Shown piece after piece: positions 44,517 to 57,470 of a stretch of DNA of 64,000 nt; the first letter of the stretch is position 1; every line of letters starts with the position of its first letter. The notes under the pieces are model-generated. The model ran no database searches. It worked only from the letters and a program-made list of their open reading frames with translations, and was not told the origin of the DNA. Source of the stretch: the human T2T-CHM13v2.0 reference genome, Homo sapiens. The DNA lies in NCBI RefSeq assembly GCF_009914755.1, contig NC_060926.1; one strand, 5' to 3'. Made by a program: the position numbers and the translations under genes.

Positions 44517-45019
44517 TGTATTATTTCTGATTGCTACTGTAACAAATGACCACAAACATAATGCCTTAAAACAACACAAATGTATTATCTTAAGTTCTGA
44601 ATACTGGAAGTCTGAAATGAGTCTCACTGGGCTAAAATCAAGCTATTGGCAGAGCTGCATCCCTTCTGGAAGTTTGAGGGGAGATTTCATTTCTTTTGCT
44701 TTTCCAGCTTCTGGAAACTGCCTGCATTTTTTGGCTTATAGCACCCTGCTGCTTTCAATCTCAACAACCACATCACTTCCACCTCTGCTTCCTTCATCAC
44801 GTCTCCATCTCTGACTCTCCTACCTCCATCTTTCATTTACAATGATACTTTTAATTACATTAAATTCACCTGCATAATCCAGGATACTCATTTCAGATCT
44901 TCTCATTTCAAGATCTGTAGTTTAATATCTACAAAGGCTCTTTTGCCAATGTAACATATTCATGAGTTCTGAGGATTAGTATGTAGATATCTTTGGGGAC
45001 TATTATTCTTCTTACCGCA
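44517..45019 (-). mobile_element. MLT1B/C MaLR solo LTR
   Basis: tgtattatttctgattgctactgtaacaaatgaccacaaac...ggggactattattc...accgca. Perfect 5-bp TSD tctcc. Confidence 0.88.
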
Positions 45020-45039
45020 TCTCCTATACATTTGCTAGT

Positions 45040-46190
45040 ATCTAATCTCATCCTGTGCCCTTTGCCCCTTTTTAGGTAATTTGTTGAAAAAAGTTGACTA
45101 TTTACCCTATAGTAGTTCTCATAGCCTGGATTTTGCTGACTGATTTTCCCTGGTGTCATTTACCTTGCCATTCTGTCCTTTGACTGTATTTAGATCCAGT
45201 TGCACTCTCCTGTGCAGTAGCTACTAAACATGTGACTTTTAAATTTAAACACAAATGAATTAAATCAAAATAAAAATTCAATTTCTCACTAATCAGCTAT
45301 ATTTCAAGTGTGCAATAATATATGTGGTTAATGGCCTACTGTATTGACATCATTGATATAGAACATTTCCATCATTACAAAAAATTCTATTAGAAAGTGC
45401 TCATCTAAAAAGTTGATTAAATTCAAGTCTCATGTGTTGGTATATTTATTTGGCCATGAATATTTTATGGACAATGTTGTATACATCCATCCAGTATTAT
45501 TATGTTATGTCTGGTATAACTCTATTTTTTTTTACAATGAACCAATTTATTACTTGGTTCCAACATAGTCAGCCTGACCCATTTATTATAAATTCTCTCA
45601 TCATTTTTTACCTATTATTCTTTAGCCATCCTTGAGGGTTGTTTTGCTGTCATTGAAGGTTGTCTCCTAGGTTGTTTATTTTCTTTAACGTTTTGATAGA
45701 ATAATTTTTTTCTAATTGTATCTTTTCTTTCTAATTTATTAATAAACAAAAAACTTTGCTTCATTAACTATTTAGATATCCTGAGTACTATGTGTATTGG
45801 AAAGGAAAGATGAACATTCACTACTGTGAAAAATAGTGAAGTCAAAGGTAATGAGTTAATTCCTTAGCTTCTTCAAAAAGTGACCAATTAGTACTTTATT
45901 CAGTATCATTTGTAAATCATGAGTTTAAATACATGTGATGTGTTTAATCTGTTGTAGTTATTATTCTTTTCTATTTTTAAATTGTCCAATGGGAGCATCT
46001 TCAAGTTGGCTCTCAAGCCCTTTTGATATTATCCAAAGCAATCTTCACTATGCTTCTTGGTTTTAGCTATAACAAGATATTCCTGGATCAACATGTATAT
46101 TTCTGACCTAGTTATTACAGAGTCAGCTATTTTAACAAGTAGCCTTGTTTCTAGATTTCTTTCAGTGACGAGTAATAGAAAATATTTTGT
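45040..46190 (-). mobile_element. L1MC/ME 3' fragment interrupted by MER3
   Basis: ctggattttgctgactgattttccctggtgtcattt...; gggagcatcttcaagttggctc. Confidence 0.55.
45190..45407. mobile_element. MER3-like hAT MITE
   Basis: gtagctactaaacatgtgac...atttcaagtg...atatagaacatttccatcattacaaaaaattctatt. Confidence 0.75.
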
Positions 46191-46631
46191 TTAAAGAAAT
46201 GCATGAGTTTACACTGTGTCATATGTTGTCAATATGATAGGCCAGAAATGGCATTTTAGGGTCATTTAACATTATTATGAATGAAGTTGAGCAACATTTT
46301 ATGTATTTAACTAGGCCCCATTCTTGACTTTATCAAAACCTATGCTTTCTGTATCCGTCTTTAGCATATAGGATGCTTAACTCTGCAACTGGGCAAATCA
46401 GAATTAAAATTCTAATTTGGGGTCAGTTTGTCCTAATTTATTCTAGTCACTTAATTTTACCTAAGTCTGCCCTTCCAGATAATTGCTTCAGTAAGAAATT
46501 TAGGATACTGGTTTGTTTTCTGAAAAACCATTTCCACTTGGTAATGCAGGAGCAAAATAACATGGTTATTTAATAATTGGAATTAGATGAACTAAAATGT
46601 TTGACTCTTCACAGAATTTATGAAAAAGCAG

Positions 46632-47299
<668 letters not shown>

Positions 47300-47302
47300 T
47301 TT

Positions 47303-47320
47303 TGGTGGCCAGTATGGGAC
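47303..47320 (+). promoter_or_regulatory. Primer-binding site, tRNA-Ile type
   Basis: tggtggccagtatgggac versus the complement of the tRNA-Ile(AAT) 3' end, tggtggccagtacgggga; 3 nt after the LTR. Confidence 0.75.
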
Positions 47321-48499
47321 TACCTGGAGGGTGAGTAAATGTGGACCCAAATCCTCTTTCACATTTGTTTCCGAGCCTTCTTGTCCTCAGATATTTTTCT
47401 GAAGGTAGATGAAACACTGAACCTTTCGTGAGCCAATTAAGAATGAATGATGCAGCTACAGAGGGCAGGATGCTGGAGAGGACCCCGACACCCCCTGACC
47501 CACATCGCTCTGAGGGGTTGGGAATGTCAGCCTTGTTCCAATCCAGACTTTTCTATGGCATTTTTCTTCTTCAAGGCTGTCGTGGCACCAGTTTCTTCTT
47601 TTACAACGTTAAGCGAGTTGCTGCAAATTGTAGAGATATTACTAAGTAGATTGAGCATTTGGCCCAGCCATCAGATATGCAGTTCAGAACAAAGTGATTT
47701 CTGTCTGTTCTTAGAGGCAAGGAGGGTACAGCAATTAAGAGACTTTCCCTTGTTGAAGGAACCCATTTGCATAGAGCAAGAGTTTTTTTCCTCCCAGGAA
47801 CCTTCCCCACCCTGCACTTAAGCTTTTTTTTTTCTTTTCTCCATCATGTCAGGAGTTAACAGATACAGGGAGCTTTTCTATGTGAGAGGTTTTCTCTTTC
47901 TGAATGGCATTTTACTAGGCCAGGACCCCAATTCATGGGATGCCCTTTTCTCTCCCTTGTTTGAGGAGGACCCAGCTCCACAGCTTTACCTTAGCATTTG
48001 ACTTATGATAAGGAAGCAGTGGAGGAGTGACTCTGCCAGCTGCTGGCTGCAGTCTGGCAAGGGCAACCTGGAACTTAATGAGCCCATGAGCCCTCCTGAG
48101 GAACCTTCTTGCCCCAAACTCAATTCCAAGCTTTGAGTTGAAGCCCTAGTAAGAAAAACTGGATTGAGGGATCCAGAGGCAGACAACAACAGAAGTCAAG
48201 GGGCATGGTGCGGGTAAGCATAACTGATTCCTGCCAATTAGCATCCCTCATTTCATGGATAGAGGTCATGCTAGTATCCATGGCATAAATGAGGTCTGAG
48301 GAACTCAAAGGTTACTGACAGCATGAAGGAAAGGCAGCATGTGGTAAACGCAGATAATTCCCACCCTCTAGGCCTCCTGTTAACATGGGTGAAAGCTGCA
48401 CTGGCACCCATGGATGCCTCTTCTTTCTGTCCCTCATGTACTGTGAGTATTCGCTGGGAAGAGAAAAGAACTAGGGGTGCCTTGTTCCCCTCTTTCTAA

Positions 48500-48727
48500 A
48501 TGGGTAACCAATCATCTTCAGTCTGTACTTCTCTCTTGAATGCTTCTTGAATTATTGAGACTTTTTTTAAAAAAACAAACAAAAAAAAGCCTTCTTTCTC
48601 ATTTTCCTCCTCTGTCCTCTCTTTGCAGATGGGTAATTGTGTCTCCATAGCACAGAATCCTTTCCTTGGATGCATCCTCCAAACTGGGAAAAGTTACTTT
48701 CTCCGCACCTTAAACTACTTGGCTTAA
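48500..48727 (+). pseudogene. Two tandem gag N-terminal (matrix) remnants
   Basis: ATG 48500 reads MGNQSSSVCT..(LECFLNY after a frameshift). ATG 48629 reads MGNCVSIAQNPFLGCILQ(NWEK after a frameshift). Both resemble class I ERV Gag starts (MG...PLxCILxNW). Confidence 0.55.
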
Positions 48728-49884
48728 AACTGAGCTTGGGGTAAGGGAACCCAGAAGCCTGACATACCAGCAAAAGAGTAAAAGTCTTCTTTGTCAATCA
48801 TTTTTTTGACTATAACTACCCTGATATTTTGTCATTCATAGACAATTGTTGTATTGCTTTGATTATTTCCAAAAGTTGGTTTATAATAAGCTACAGGACT
48901 TTGACAGGTGCTCTTAAACACAGATTTCTGATATCTTTGGAGATTGTGACAATGGAACAAAGAAAAAATGTATAGTACTCTTGAAGAGCTGAAACGCTCA
49001 TGAATATCAAGCAGAATATGAGTTAACTGAATGGACTGAACTAACAGAATACTGAAGTAATATTTTTTATTTTTTGCTTAAAACACTGCTGATCTTTCTT
49101 TTGTTTATCAGAGCCAAGGAAACTTTTTTGAGCTATCTATAGCTTTTAACAAGGTTTAATCCTGTGAATAAAATTTGGAGCATATTTGTTTCTCTCTGTC
49201 TGGCTTCTCCAGAATTTGGAAACTATTTGTGAGTATTCTTAACTTATGGCAATATGGTTATTTGCATCAGTGCAATAAGAATCTATTTTCTTTCGCAACA
49301 GGACACAATTGAAGAAACTGGTTGTTTTACCAAGACTTTGACTATGAGAGTGTGCTTCCCTTTACGGAATCCAGCTTGACTTGCAGAGCCAATAAAAACC
49401 CCTTGGGAAAATTGGCTTCATACCTTATCAACACAGTCACTGTACAGGGTTCCTAACCTGTGGTGAGTAAGGAATGTCACTTTCTAACAGGCCCAGCAGC
49501 CCCATGCTATCTTGAGACCACAAGATGAGAAGAATTTACCCAACTCATAGGTATTTGAGGGTATTGTTTTGATAAAAATGAGGACTGGAGGGAGAAAAAT
49601 TATGTTTCAAATCTTATCATATACTTGTAATTAAATTCTAGTTTCATTAGTTGTTTTTAAGTTTTTGCCTACCTTTTAAACTAACCTTGCTTATTTCTGT
49701 GAACCAACCAGTGATCTCTGGCTGTAGTTCAGAAGAAACAAAAGGGATGGGTAATGTAAAAATCTAGATCAATATTCTCATTCTGGCCAATTATCCTGCA
49801 AATCCTGCCAGGTAGGGTGCTCATAATCCAGAGGTTTCTTTGTTTGGGAAAATAAGACCAACGGAGCTAACCAAAGTCAAGCCC

Positions 49885-50100
49885 CATGCTTGGCTTACCC
49901 CCTTGTTTCCTTTTGATACATGTCTTCTAATAACCTGGTTTGTCTTTTCTCACCTTCAGGCCATCAAACTCCAAAGAGTCATGAAACCAGAGCCTCAAAC
50001 AATGCCTCTGTTTTACTGGGGACCCTTAGATAGGCCTCTGAGAGAGATCTGACTGATGTTGTCCCAAAACGGTGTCTCCTGTCAGCAGGAAAACAGTTAA
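49885..50100 (+). pseudogene. env transmembrane/cytoplasmic-tail remnant
   Basis: FVFSHLQAIKLQRVMKPEPQTMPLFYWGPLDRPL resembles class I Env C-termini (FVSSRxxAxKLQM..EP.M...YRxPLDRP); lies just upstream of the PPT. Confidence 0.75.
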
Positions 50101-50146
50101 GATCTGTCTTTGTCCCTGTTCTAATGGCAGTTAGGTGTACCTCTTC

Positions 50147-50158
50147 AGAGGGGGAAAA
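50147..50158 (+). other. Polypurine tract
   Basis: agagggggaaaa immediately before the TG of the 3' LTR. Confidence 0.85.
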
Positions 50159-50688
50159 TGAGAATGGCAGGAGGCAGCCAAATGCCTAGGCAGATAGGAG
50201 CAGGTCCCTGGTGAAACCCAACCTCCAAGCCAAAGACAGTTTAAACCCTGAAAGCCAAGCTACAAGTTAAATCCTCGGACCAGATTGAGAACTTGGTCTT
50301 CCTGTTCGATGTGCTTTTCTCTGATTGGTTCCCACCCTTCACCTATTTTACAAATACCTACCCTTTCCTAAATGGTTTTTCTACACTATCATGCCCAGCT
50401 TTGTGTGTTGTCTTTGCTTTGCTATGTTTGTGCATACTCACAAACCAATCAGCATGCACTTCACATTCTGAGTCTATAAAGGGCCTTGGACCCAGTCACA
50501 TGGGGGGCTTTCCCGCCTTTGGGTAGGGGAAACACCTCCCAACCCTGCTTCCCCTCTTTGTTGAGAGCTTCCCTTTTGCTTAATAAATTCTACACCACTC
50601 ATTCTCCCATGCACACCTGCCTAATTCTTCCTGGTTGTGAGACAATAGCTTGGACCTAGCTGACTTAAGGAGCAGAAAGACTGCAACA
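50159..50688 (+). mobile_element. 3' LTR (MER61-like)
   Basis: TG...CA termini. CCAAT box near 50445, TATA ctataaa near 50474, AATAAA at 50582. Confidence 0.9.
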
Positions 50689-51824
50689 GCAGCACTACAA
50701 AGCCACAAATATAGACTAATTTTAAACCAATATGCACTGCACATAAACACACAGGTTGTCATGCAAATATGCCAGTACTGTTCATTCATAAAGTGATGTC
50801 AGCTATTCATGAGTCATCATCATACAAACCAATGAAAACAGTCTTCCTTCTCTTCTTTGCTATCCAAAAAGGGAACAATCATGGAAATGACAGATAAATT
50901 TATGTAAGTAAACTCAGTCAATCTGTGTGTCTAAATTTACTAGAGGTAATGGCTAAGATGCTAACTATGAGAAAACCCAACACTCAGGAATCTGGGTCAT
51001 CTGTTCAAGTTTTGTCCTGGAAAGTGTTAGTAGGTTCCAGTTTTCTGTGCCTTCCTCATTTCCTCTACACCTTCCTATCTCATTTCTTATCACGTCAGAT
51101 GGCAATCATCCTTTACTCACCAGCCTCTTGAAAGACAGCTGGAAAGGCAATGCTTTTTCATCTACGCATCTCCAACCACTAGCCATAATGGTCAATAGAT
51201 GAATTGAAATCAAGTGAACTGGAAGGCAATTTTAACATAATTGAGGCTCTCCACTTTAGTACAATTGGAAACCATAGGAAAGTGTTTACACAATTTTTAG
51301 AGCTTGTGATAAAAAAACAAGATCACCACTTCAAGCACAGTTCTGAGGTTTAAAGGCACTCTCATTCATATGTCATTTACACAGAAGAACTAATGAAGAC
51401 AGGGCAACATAAGGCACATATGACCTTCATACTAAAAATTGATCTGATTTTAATATTAAATAAGAAAGATAAAATAAACCAGAAAGAAGAATGGATTTTC
51501 TATAGAAGTAATAGTTTTTTAAATTATATCTTTGCAGAAATAAAGTCTGTAGACCAATATTCTTAGACTCCACACTCTTTCGGCATGCTTATAAGTGAGG
51601 GAGAGAGGGACACCAGAAATTACTGAATCTGTGCTCCAGCATTTTCCTGTCCTTTACCCATATCGTTAGTTACATGTTATATATTTTGCGATTTTTGCAT
51701 AAAAGAATGTATACATTTTCCAAGTTAATAGGTTAGCTTCAATAACAGTGGCTAACCATAGTTAAAACAAATTATACTTGTTTTAACTCAAGCTGTTGGA
51801 GCTTTCACTTGATGTAGGAAGTGC

Positions 51825-51995
51825 AGAATTGCTTTTGGAGTCATAAAGAACTAGGTTTGAATCCCTGCCGTGTGATATCAGGCATATTATTTAAGTTCTC
51901 CACAGCTTAGTTTTCTTATTTGTATAATAGTGAGTTATTATATGCGAAGCTGCCCATTATAACCCCTGTGGCAAACTAACTGTTCAATAGTAATG
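51825..51995 (+). mobile_element. MIR
   Basis: ttttggagtca...ctaggtttgaatccctgcc...cttagttttcttatttgtata. Confidence 0.65.
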
Positions 51996-52058
51996 GATAC
52001 ATTTTCCTTTCCTAAAAATGATTGCCCTATTTACTCAGTAATTCATGGCTGCAATTAT

Positions 52059-52246
52059 ATTTTTTTCAACTTTTATTTTAGAATCAACAGGTATGTGTGC
52101 AGGTTTGTTATGTGGGTAGATTGCATGTCACTGAGGTTTGGTGTATGAATGATCCTGTCACCAAGGTAGTAAGCATAGTACACAATAGACAGTTTTTCAA
52201 CCCATTCACCCCTCCCATCTTCCTGCCTCTAGTAGTCCTGTCTGTC
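52059..52246 (-). mobile_element. Short L1PA15/16-like 3' end
   Basis: ttcaacttttattttag...gtgcaggtttgtta...aatgatcctgtcacc. TSD atggctgcaattat / atggctgaaattat. Confidence 0.88.
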
Positions 52247-52786
52247 ATTGAATGGCTGAAATTATTACTGTGATAAAGTTATTTGGTTATTTGTCTCATC
52301 TGGCTGTAGTGAAAAAGTCAAGGGCTTTGGAAACACATGTCTTTAAACTTAAACAGGGATTTGAGCCTCAATTTTCTCATCTGTAGAATATGGAATGAAA
52401 AATACAAAAACACATGGTCTGGCTCTAGGTAGGTAGTACAAAGATGCTACTTTAATTTTTTTCTTTTTGTCATTGAAAGTTACTGTGGCTAAAGTTTGTG
52501 TTTCAAAATACAAACTGAAAAACTAAAACTTCTACTACCACTGTTGCTTTCTTTAAATCATCTGCTACCGCTAAGTAACAAAATAATAGCAAAATAATTT
52601 AATAGACATTCCTGGTACTCTGTGTTCAAATAATACTTTATGAAGTATTAATAGAATTTTTCCAATCCATCCCTGTTCTAAATTCATCAGCAAATTGCTT
52701 TGTAATTTATAAATTTTGCTTATAGTGCAATAACTTTAGGATTGCAGCATTCATTTGTAAAATTTTATCCATACTAGAACTCTGCT

Positions 52787-53147
52787 TGCCTTAGTCTGTT
52801 CAGACTGCTATAAAACAATATGATAACTTGGGTAGCTTATAAACAACAGAAATTTATTTATCATAATTCAGAGGCTAGAGAGTCCAAGATCAAGGTGCCA
52901 GCAGATTTGATATCTGGGCCTGTTTACTGGTCCATAGGTGTCGCCTTACAGCCATGTTCTCATGTGGTGGAAGGAACAAACAAGCTTCTCTGAGCCCATT
53001 TTATAAGGGCACAAATTCCATTCCTGAAGACTTTGTCCTCATGACCCAACCTCACCTCCCTAAATGCCCCACATTTTAATACCATCACCTTGAGGATAGG
53101 ATTTCATATATAAATTTTGTAGGGACACAAGTATTCAGACCATTGCA
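52787..53147 (-). mobile_element. MLT1A/MSTD-like MaLR LTR
   Basis: tgccttagtctgttcagactgctata...gtccaagatcaaggtgccagcag...ttcagaccattgca. Confidence 0.85.
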
Positions 53148-54410
53148 TTACCTATTTCCCCCATGGAACTTGAAGGTGATGAAATAAACAAGGAAACTCA
53201 AGGATTGAAAGGTTTTTCTTATTTTCTTTATTTACTTAGCAAGTAAGACAGCCTCCAAGGTACTACTTTGAATTAATTAAGCACAGAAGGTTTTTTTTAA
53301 CAGGGAGTGGGGGTTGGGGCCACTCTAAAGAAAAACAGAAATACCAAACCACAACAAAGTTTCCAGCACTTTGGCATTCAAGTTTTTATCAAAACATGTT
53401 ATTGGTTGTTGTGAACCAGCAGAAACAGACCCTGCAGATTTCCTTGAGAAATGCATTGGTGTTTATTTCTCAAAACGTATTTACTCATGGCCAAGTGAAA
53501 TCTTTCATGAGAGGTGAATGGAACCTGAAAAAACCTTAGGAGAACAGGAATATTTAAGACACTTCATGAAAATATAATCTTTCAGTCTTTCTCCTCTTGG
53601 TCAATATTAGGGTCAAAGCCTACAAGTTTTAACCATTAATTTCACCCAGATCTAGTTCATCACTCTGGGTGAAATTTTCACAGATGGTGGTACTGCAGGT
53701 GTTAATCCAGGCTGTTAGATCTTAAACGATTCCATTGGGATTTTCTTGGATTTGAAACTTTCGATTACAACTTTGATTTTCAGTTGCATGAGTGGCTATG
53801 CAGAAGCTTTCAAGACCCTAGTCACAATTTAGTATTTGACTTACATAAAAACAATCACCTGCAAGCTTTTTAGCTATAAACTAACAGCTCCTGGTATGAA
53901 GCAGAAAGTGAGAAAAAAGTTATTGGTTTAACAGTTTGTTGATTTTCCTGAATTTTTTCATTCAGAAAAAAATTATCTTAATTTTTAGTCATCTTACCTT
54001 TTCAGTAAGTTTTTTTATTGGCTCCTAAGTTACCATAGTTTAGTTAGGTAAAATTTCACATTCATTGTAAACCAAAATATATGGAGAAGAAAACTAAATT
54101 GTTGCGGTAACACACACCCGTGGAGGCACAAATTGGTCCTAGACTGTCATGGACCCACCCTGACTTTTACAAGGATCATGGTACAAACCTCCAAAAGTAA
54201 GAGATCATCTTGATTTCTGTTTTGGTGGGTTTTTCACTATTCTCATGGCCAGACATGAATAGACATGCCAAATTTTAGAACATGTAACACATATCAATAG
54301 TCATGAAACTTCAATTTAAATTTCATGATGCATTTTTTTTTAAATAAAGTAGTTAAAAACTAATGTGAGTTTAGCCTCAGTCAAACGGATCCTATTGGGA
54401 TGTTAAAACA

Positions 54411-54470
54411 TTCTTCCAGTGATTCTTCCAGTGATTCTCTTAACACTCTTCCAGTGATTCTCTTATAACT
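54411..54470. repeat. Compound short tandem duplication (12-bp and about 23-bp units)
   Basis: tcttccagtgattc occurs three times. Confidence 0.85.
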
Positions 54471-55171
54471 CAGAAATGCTTTCCTGTGGAAAATGCCTTT
54501 ATAGACTTATATATTCTTTTGGTCATTATCCGTAGCGTTTTTAAAAATTGAGAATGAATTCAATTTATGGAACCAGGCCAAATTTTGTAATGCCAACTCT
54601 GGTGGGTATGGTAGATAATTATATTTGGTAATGGCAGATTTTATTATGCTAAAACAAACACTGAAATTAAATGATGAAGAAACTGTGTTCATGTAAACAT
54701 GTTGTTTTCTCTTGTGATTTGAATTAGAGAATGAGTATTGCACACCACCACACAAAATAGACAAGAAAACACACTGACAAAATATTCTCACTATCTATGA
54801 CAACCTACTTTACAATTATGTAAATATTTCTTTGATATTCTAAGTTTTTGTTCTTTAAAGCTATTCTGCAAAAATGGGAATATCTCTGTGTGAGTGGTTG
54901 TGAAGGGGAATATGCTTAATTGCTACTTTGTTAGAGATGCACTTAGATGTACCTATGAAAAAGAAGAAATAGGGTTAAAGAGGGAGTTGTTGATCGGAGG
55001 GTTGACTCTACCTGGCAGATATCAAATCTAATTTGAGGTTTTGACTCAGCTTTCTTTTCCAGCTGAGAGACTGAATGGGTCTTTATACAACAAAAGCTTC
55101 TGGCTTTGACATGGGGAGAGAGGCAGCTCAAGCCTCAGTAAATAACAGAGTTGATTGTATCTCACTTTCCT

Positions 55172-55559
<388 letters not shown>

Positions 55560-56359
55560 TAATATATATATACAAGTAAGATAAACATGCTCGATAATTT
55601 AAATTTAAAAAGTATGTAATTTTATTATGAATCATTTCCTTTTATATCGTGAATGAAATAGATATAATGAAATAGTTGATTGCATCAAAATGATTAATGT
55701 GCAAGCAGTTAATTAAGGGAATTATGAACATAAGAATCCATTCCACACAAGAAGTACAGATGAAGAGAATAAGTACAGGAGGATACTAGAATAAAAACTA
55801 ATGTTAGGAAAATTAGCTATAGAAGAGACTTATTTGAATATAAGAAACAAAGAAACATTACCTTAATTATAGAAAGGATAACTTGCTAAAACAAATGATA
55901 GGTTTTCCAAGTGGAGACAATGAAAAAGCATGACATGTTTTGCAAACTTTCCAGAATTGCCAGATTTGGGGATCTATTTTCTGGGAGACTTTTCATGTCA
56001 ATACTACTACATACAGGTTAACCATTGCAAGTCACCAATCATAACTAATATAATACTAGTGCAAGTGAAAATTCTTAAATCAGTATGAAAATTTCACCGG
56101 CCAGTTTAATTAAACTTACAGATCTCTTGCTACAGACATATCCTGGGTATGTAATATGTGCAGCATGAGTATTTAATTTAATAATTGGAAGACAATATCT
56201 ATTTAACCTTTCCTCAGCTATAATCTTTCCTGATTTGCTGTTTATGTTCATAGTTGGTTTTCATATAAAGATAGCTTTGAAATTTTATCTTTTTACCAAA
56301 GTGTAGCCACTTTATATTGGTAGTGGATTTTATCCTGTTGAGCACTTGAAAGTTCTAAG

Positions 56360-56542
56360 GAACAGGGAGAAATCTTATTTGTGTGGGACAGCCCTATAAA
56401 CTGCACTGTGTCTAATATCACACTGACTCCTGCTTACTAAGAGTCAATGTGTCTTATTATTATTGTGATAATTCACAACACACCCACAAATTTCCAAAAA
56501 AAACCTCCTGGGAGAGTACCTTCTTCATTGAGAACCGTTATT
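56360..56542. mobile_element. MER20B-like hAT fragment
   Basis: ttgtgtgggacagccct...ttgtgataa...atttccaaa...ttgagaacc. Confidence 0.5.
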
Positions 56543-56633
56543 CCAACTGCGTCACATAATATTTTGTTTTTTCTCTTCATTTATTTGGTAATGTTTTTGA
56601 AAGTATGAACCATGAACTGTATTTCTTTCTTGA

Positions 56634-56745
56634 AGGGTGACCATATACTTTATTATTCAAACTAGATACTTTTGAGTATTAATAGGATGCTAATACACTA
56701 AGGCAACAGGTGTAAACTGGGACTTTCTTGGGCAAACTAAATCAT
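56634..56745. mobile_element. MER81/MER94-like hAT MITE
   Basis: agggtgaccata...caggtgtaaactgggactttcttgggcaaac. Confidence 0.65.
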
Positions 56746-57274
56746 TATCTTATCTATATCTTATCAGAATTCTACACTACCTTATCCCAAAACCTTGAGT
56801 CCATTTTGTTCATATTCAGGTATTTTTGTTGTTTTAGGAAGGTAATGTGATGCATATCTTATATATATAACTCCAGCACTGTGTAATTAAATATGCTGTT
56901 TTTCACAGAAAAAAACGGTATGAATATATATATTTATATTTAAATGTGTCAAATACAGACTATAAATAACCTCAGGGACTGTATTTAGAAGAATTCTGAG
57001 CACAAAATTAATTTATGTAATTTTAGACTTCAGATCGGTGGAGATACCATCTTGTAACATACAGGTAAATAAACTGATGTTGGTGTGGGCGTGGGGGTGT
57101 AAATTACACACTTGAGGCCATGCACCTTGTGAGTTTTGGAAGTAAGTTTAGAAACCACATTTTATAATTCCTCATTTGTAAATATAATTATACCCAAGTA
57201 GAATAAACCAAATATATATATTAATTTTGTAGGTTTGTCTTCATTCCCTGAATCATACTAAAATATTTAAAAGT

Positions 57275-57470
57275 AAAAATTGCTATAGTTTATTGGCACT
57301 TATCATGTATCTGTTCTTAATACTTCCATGCATTATTTCCTTTAATCTTCACAACGTGATGATATATGAACTACTATTTCCTCCATTTTGCAACTGCAAT
57401 ATTGCAATTTCATAGCTAATTAAGACCTACATAATTTAATTCCAGGCTACAGACACTACGCTATGCTTTC
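57275..57470 (-). mobile_element. MIR
   Basis: tttattggcacttatcatgt...tttaatcttcacaac...ctccattttgca. Confidence 0.6.
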
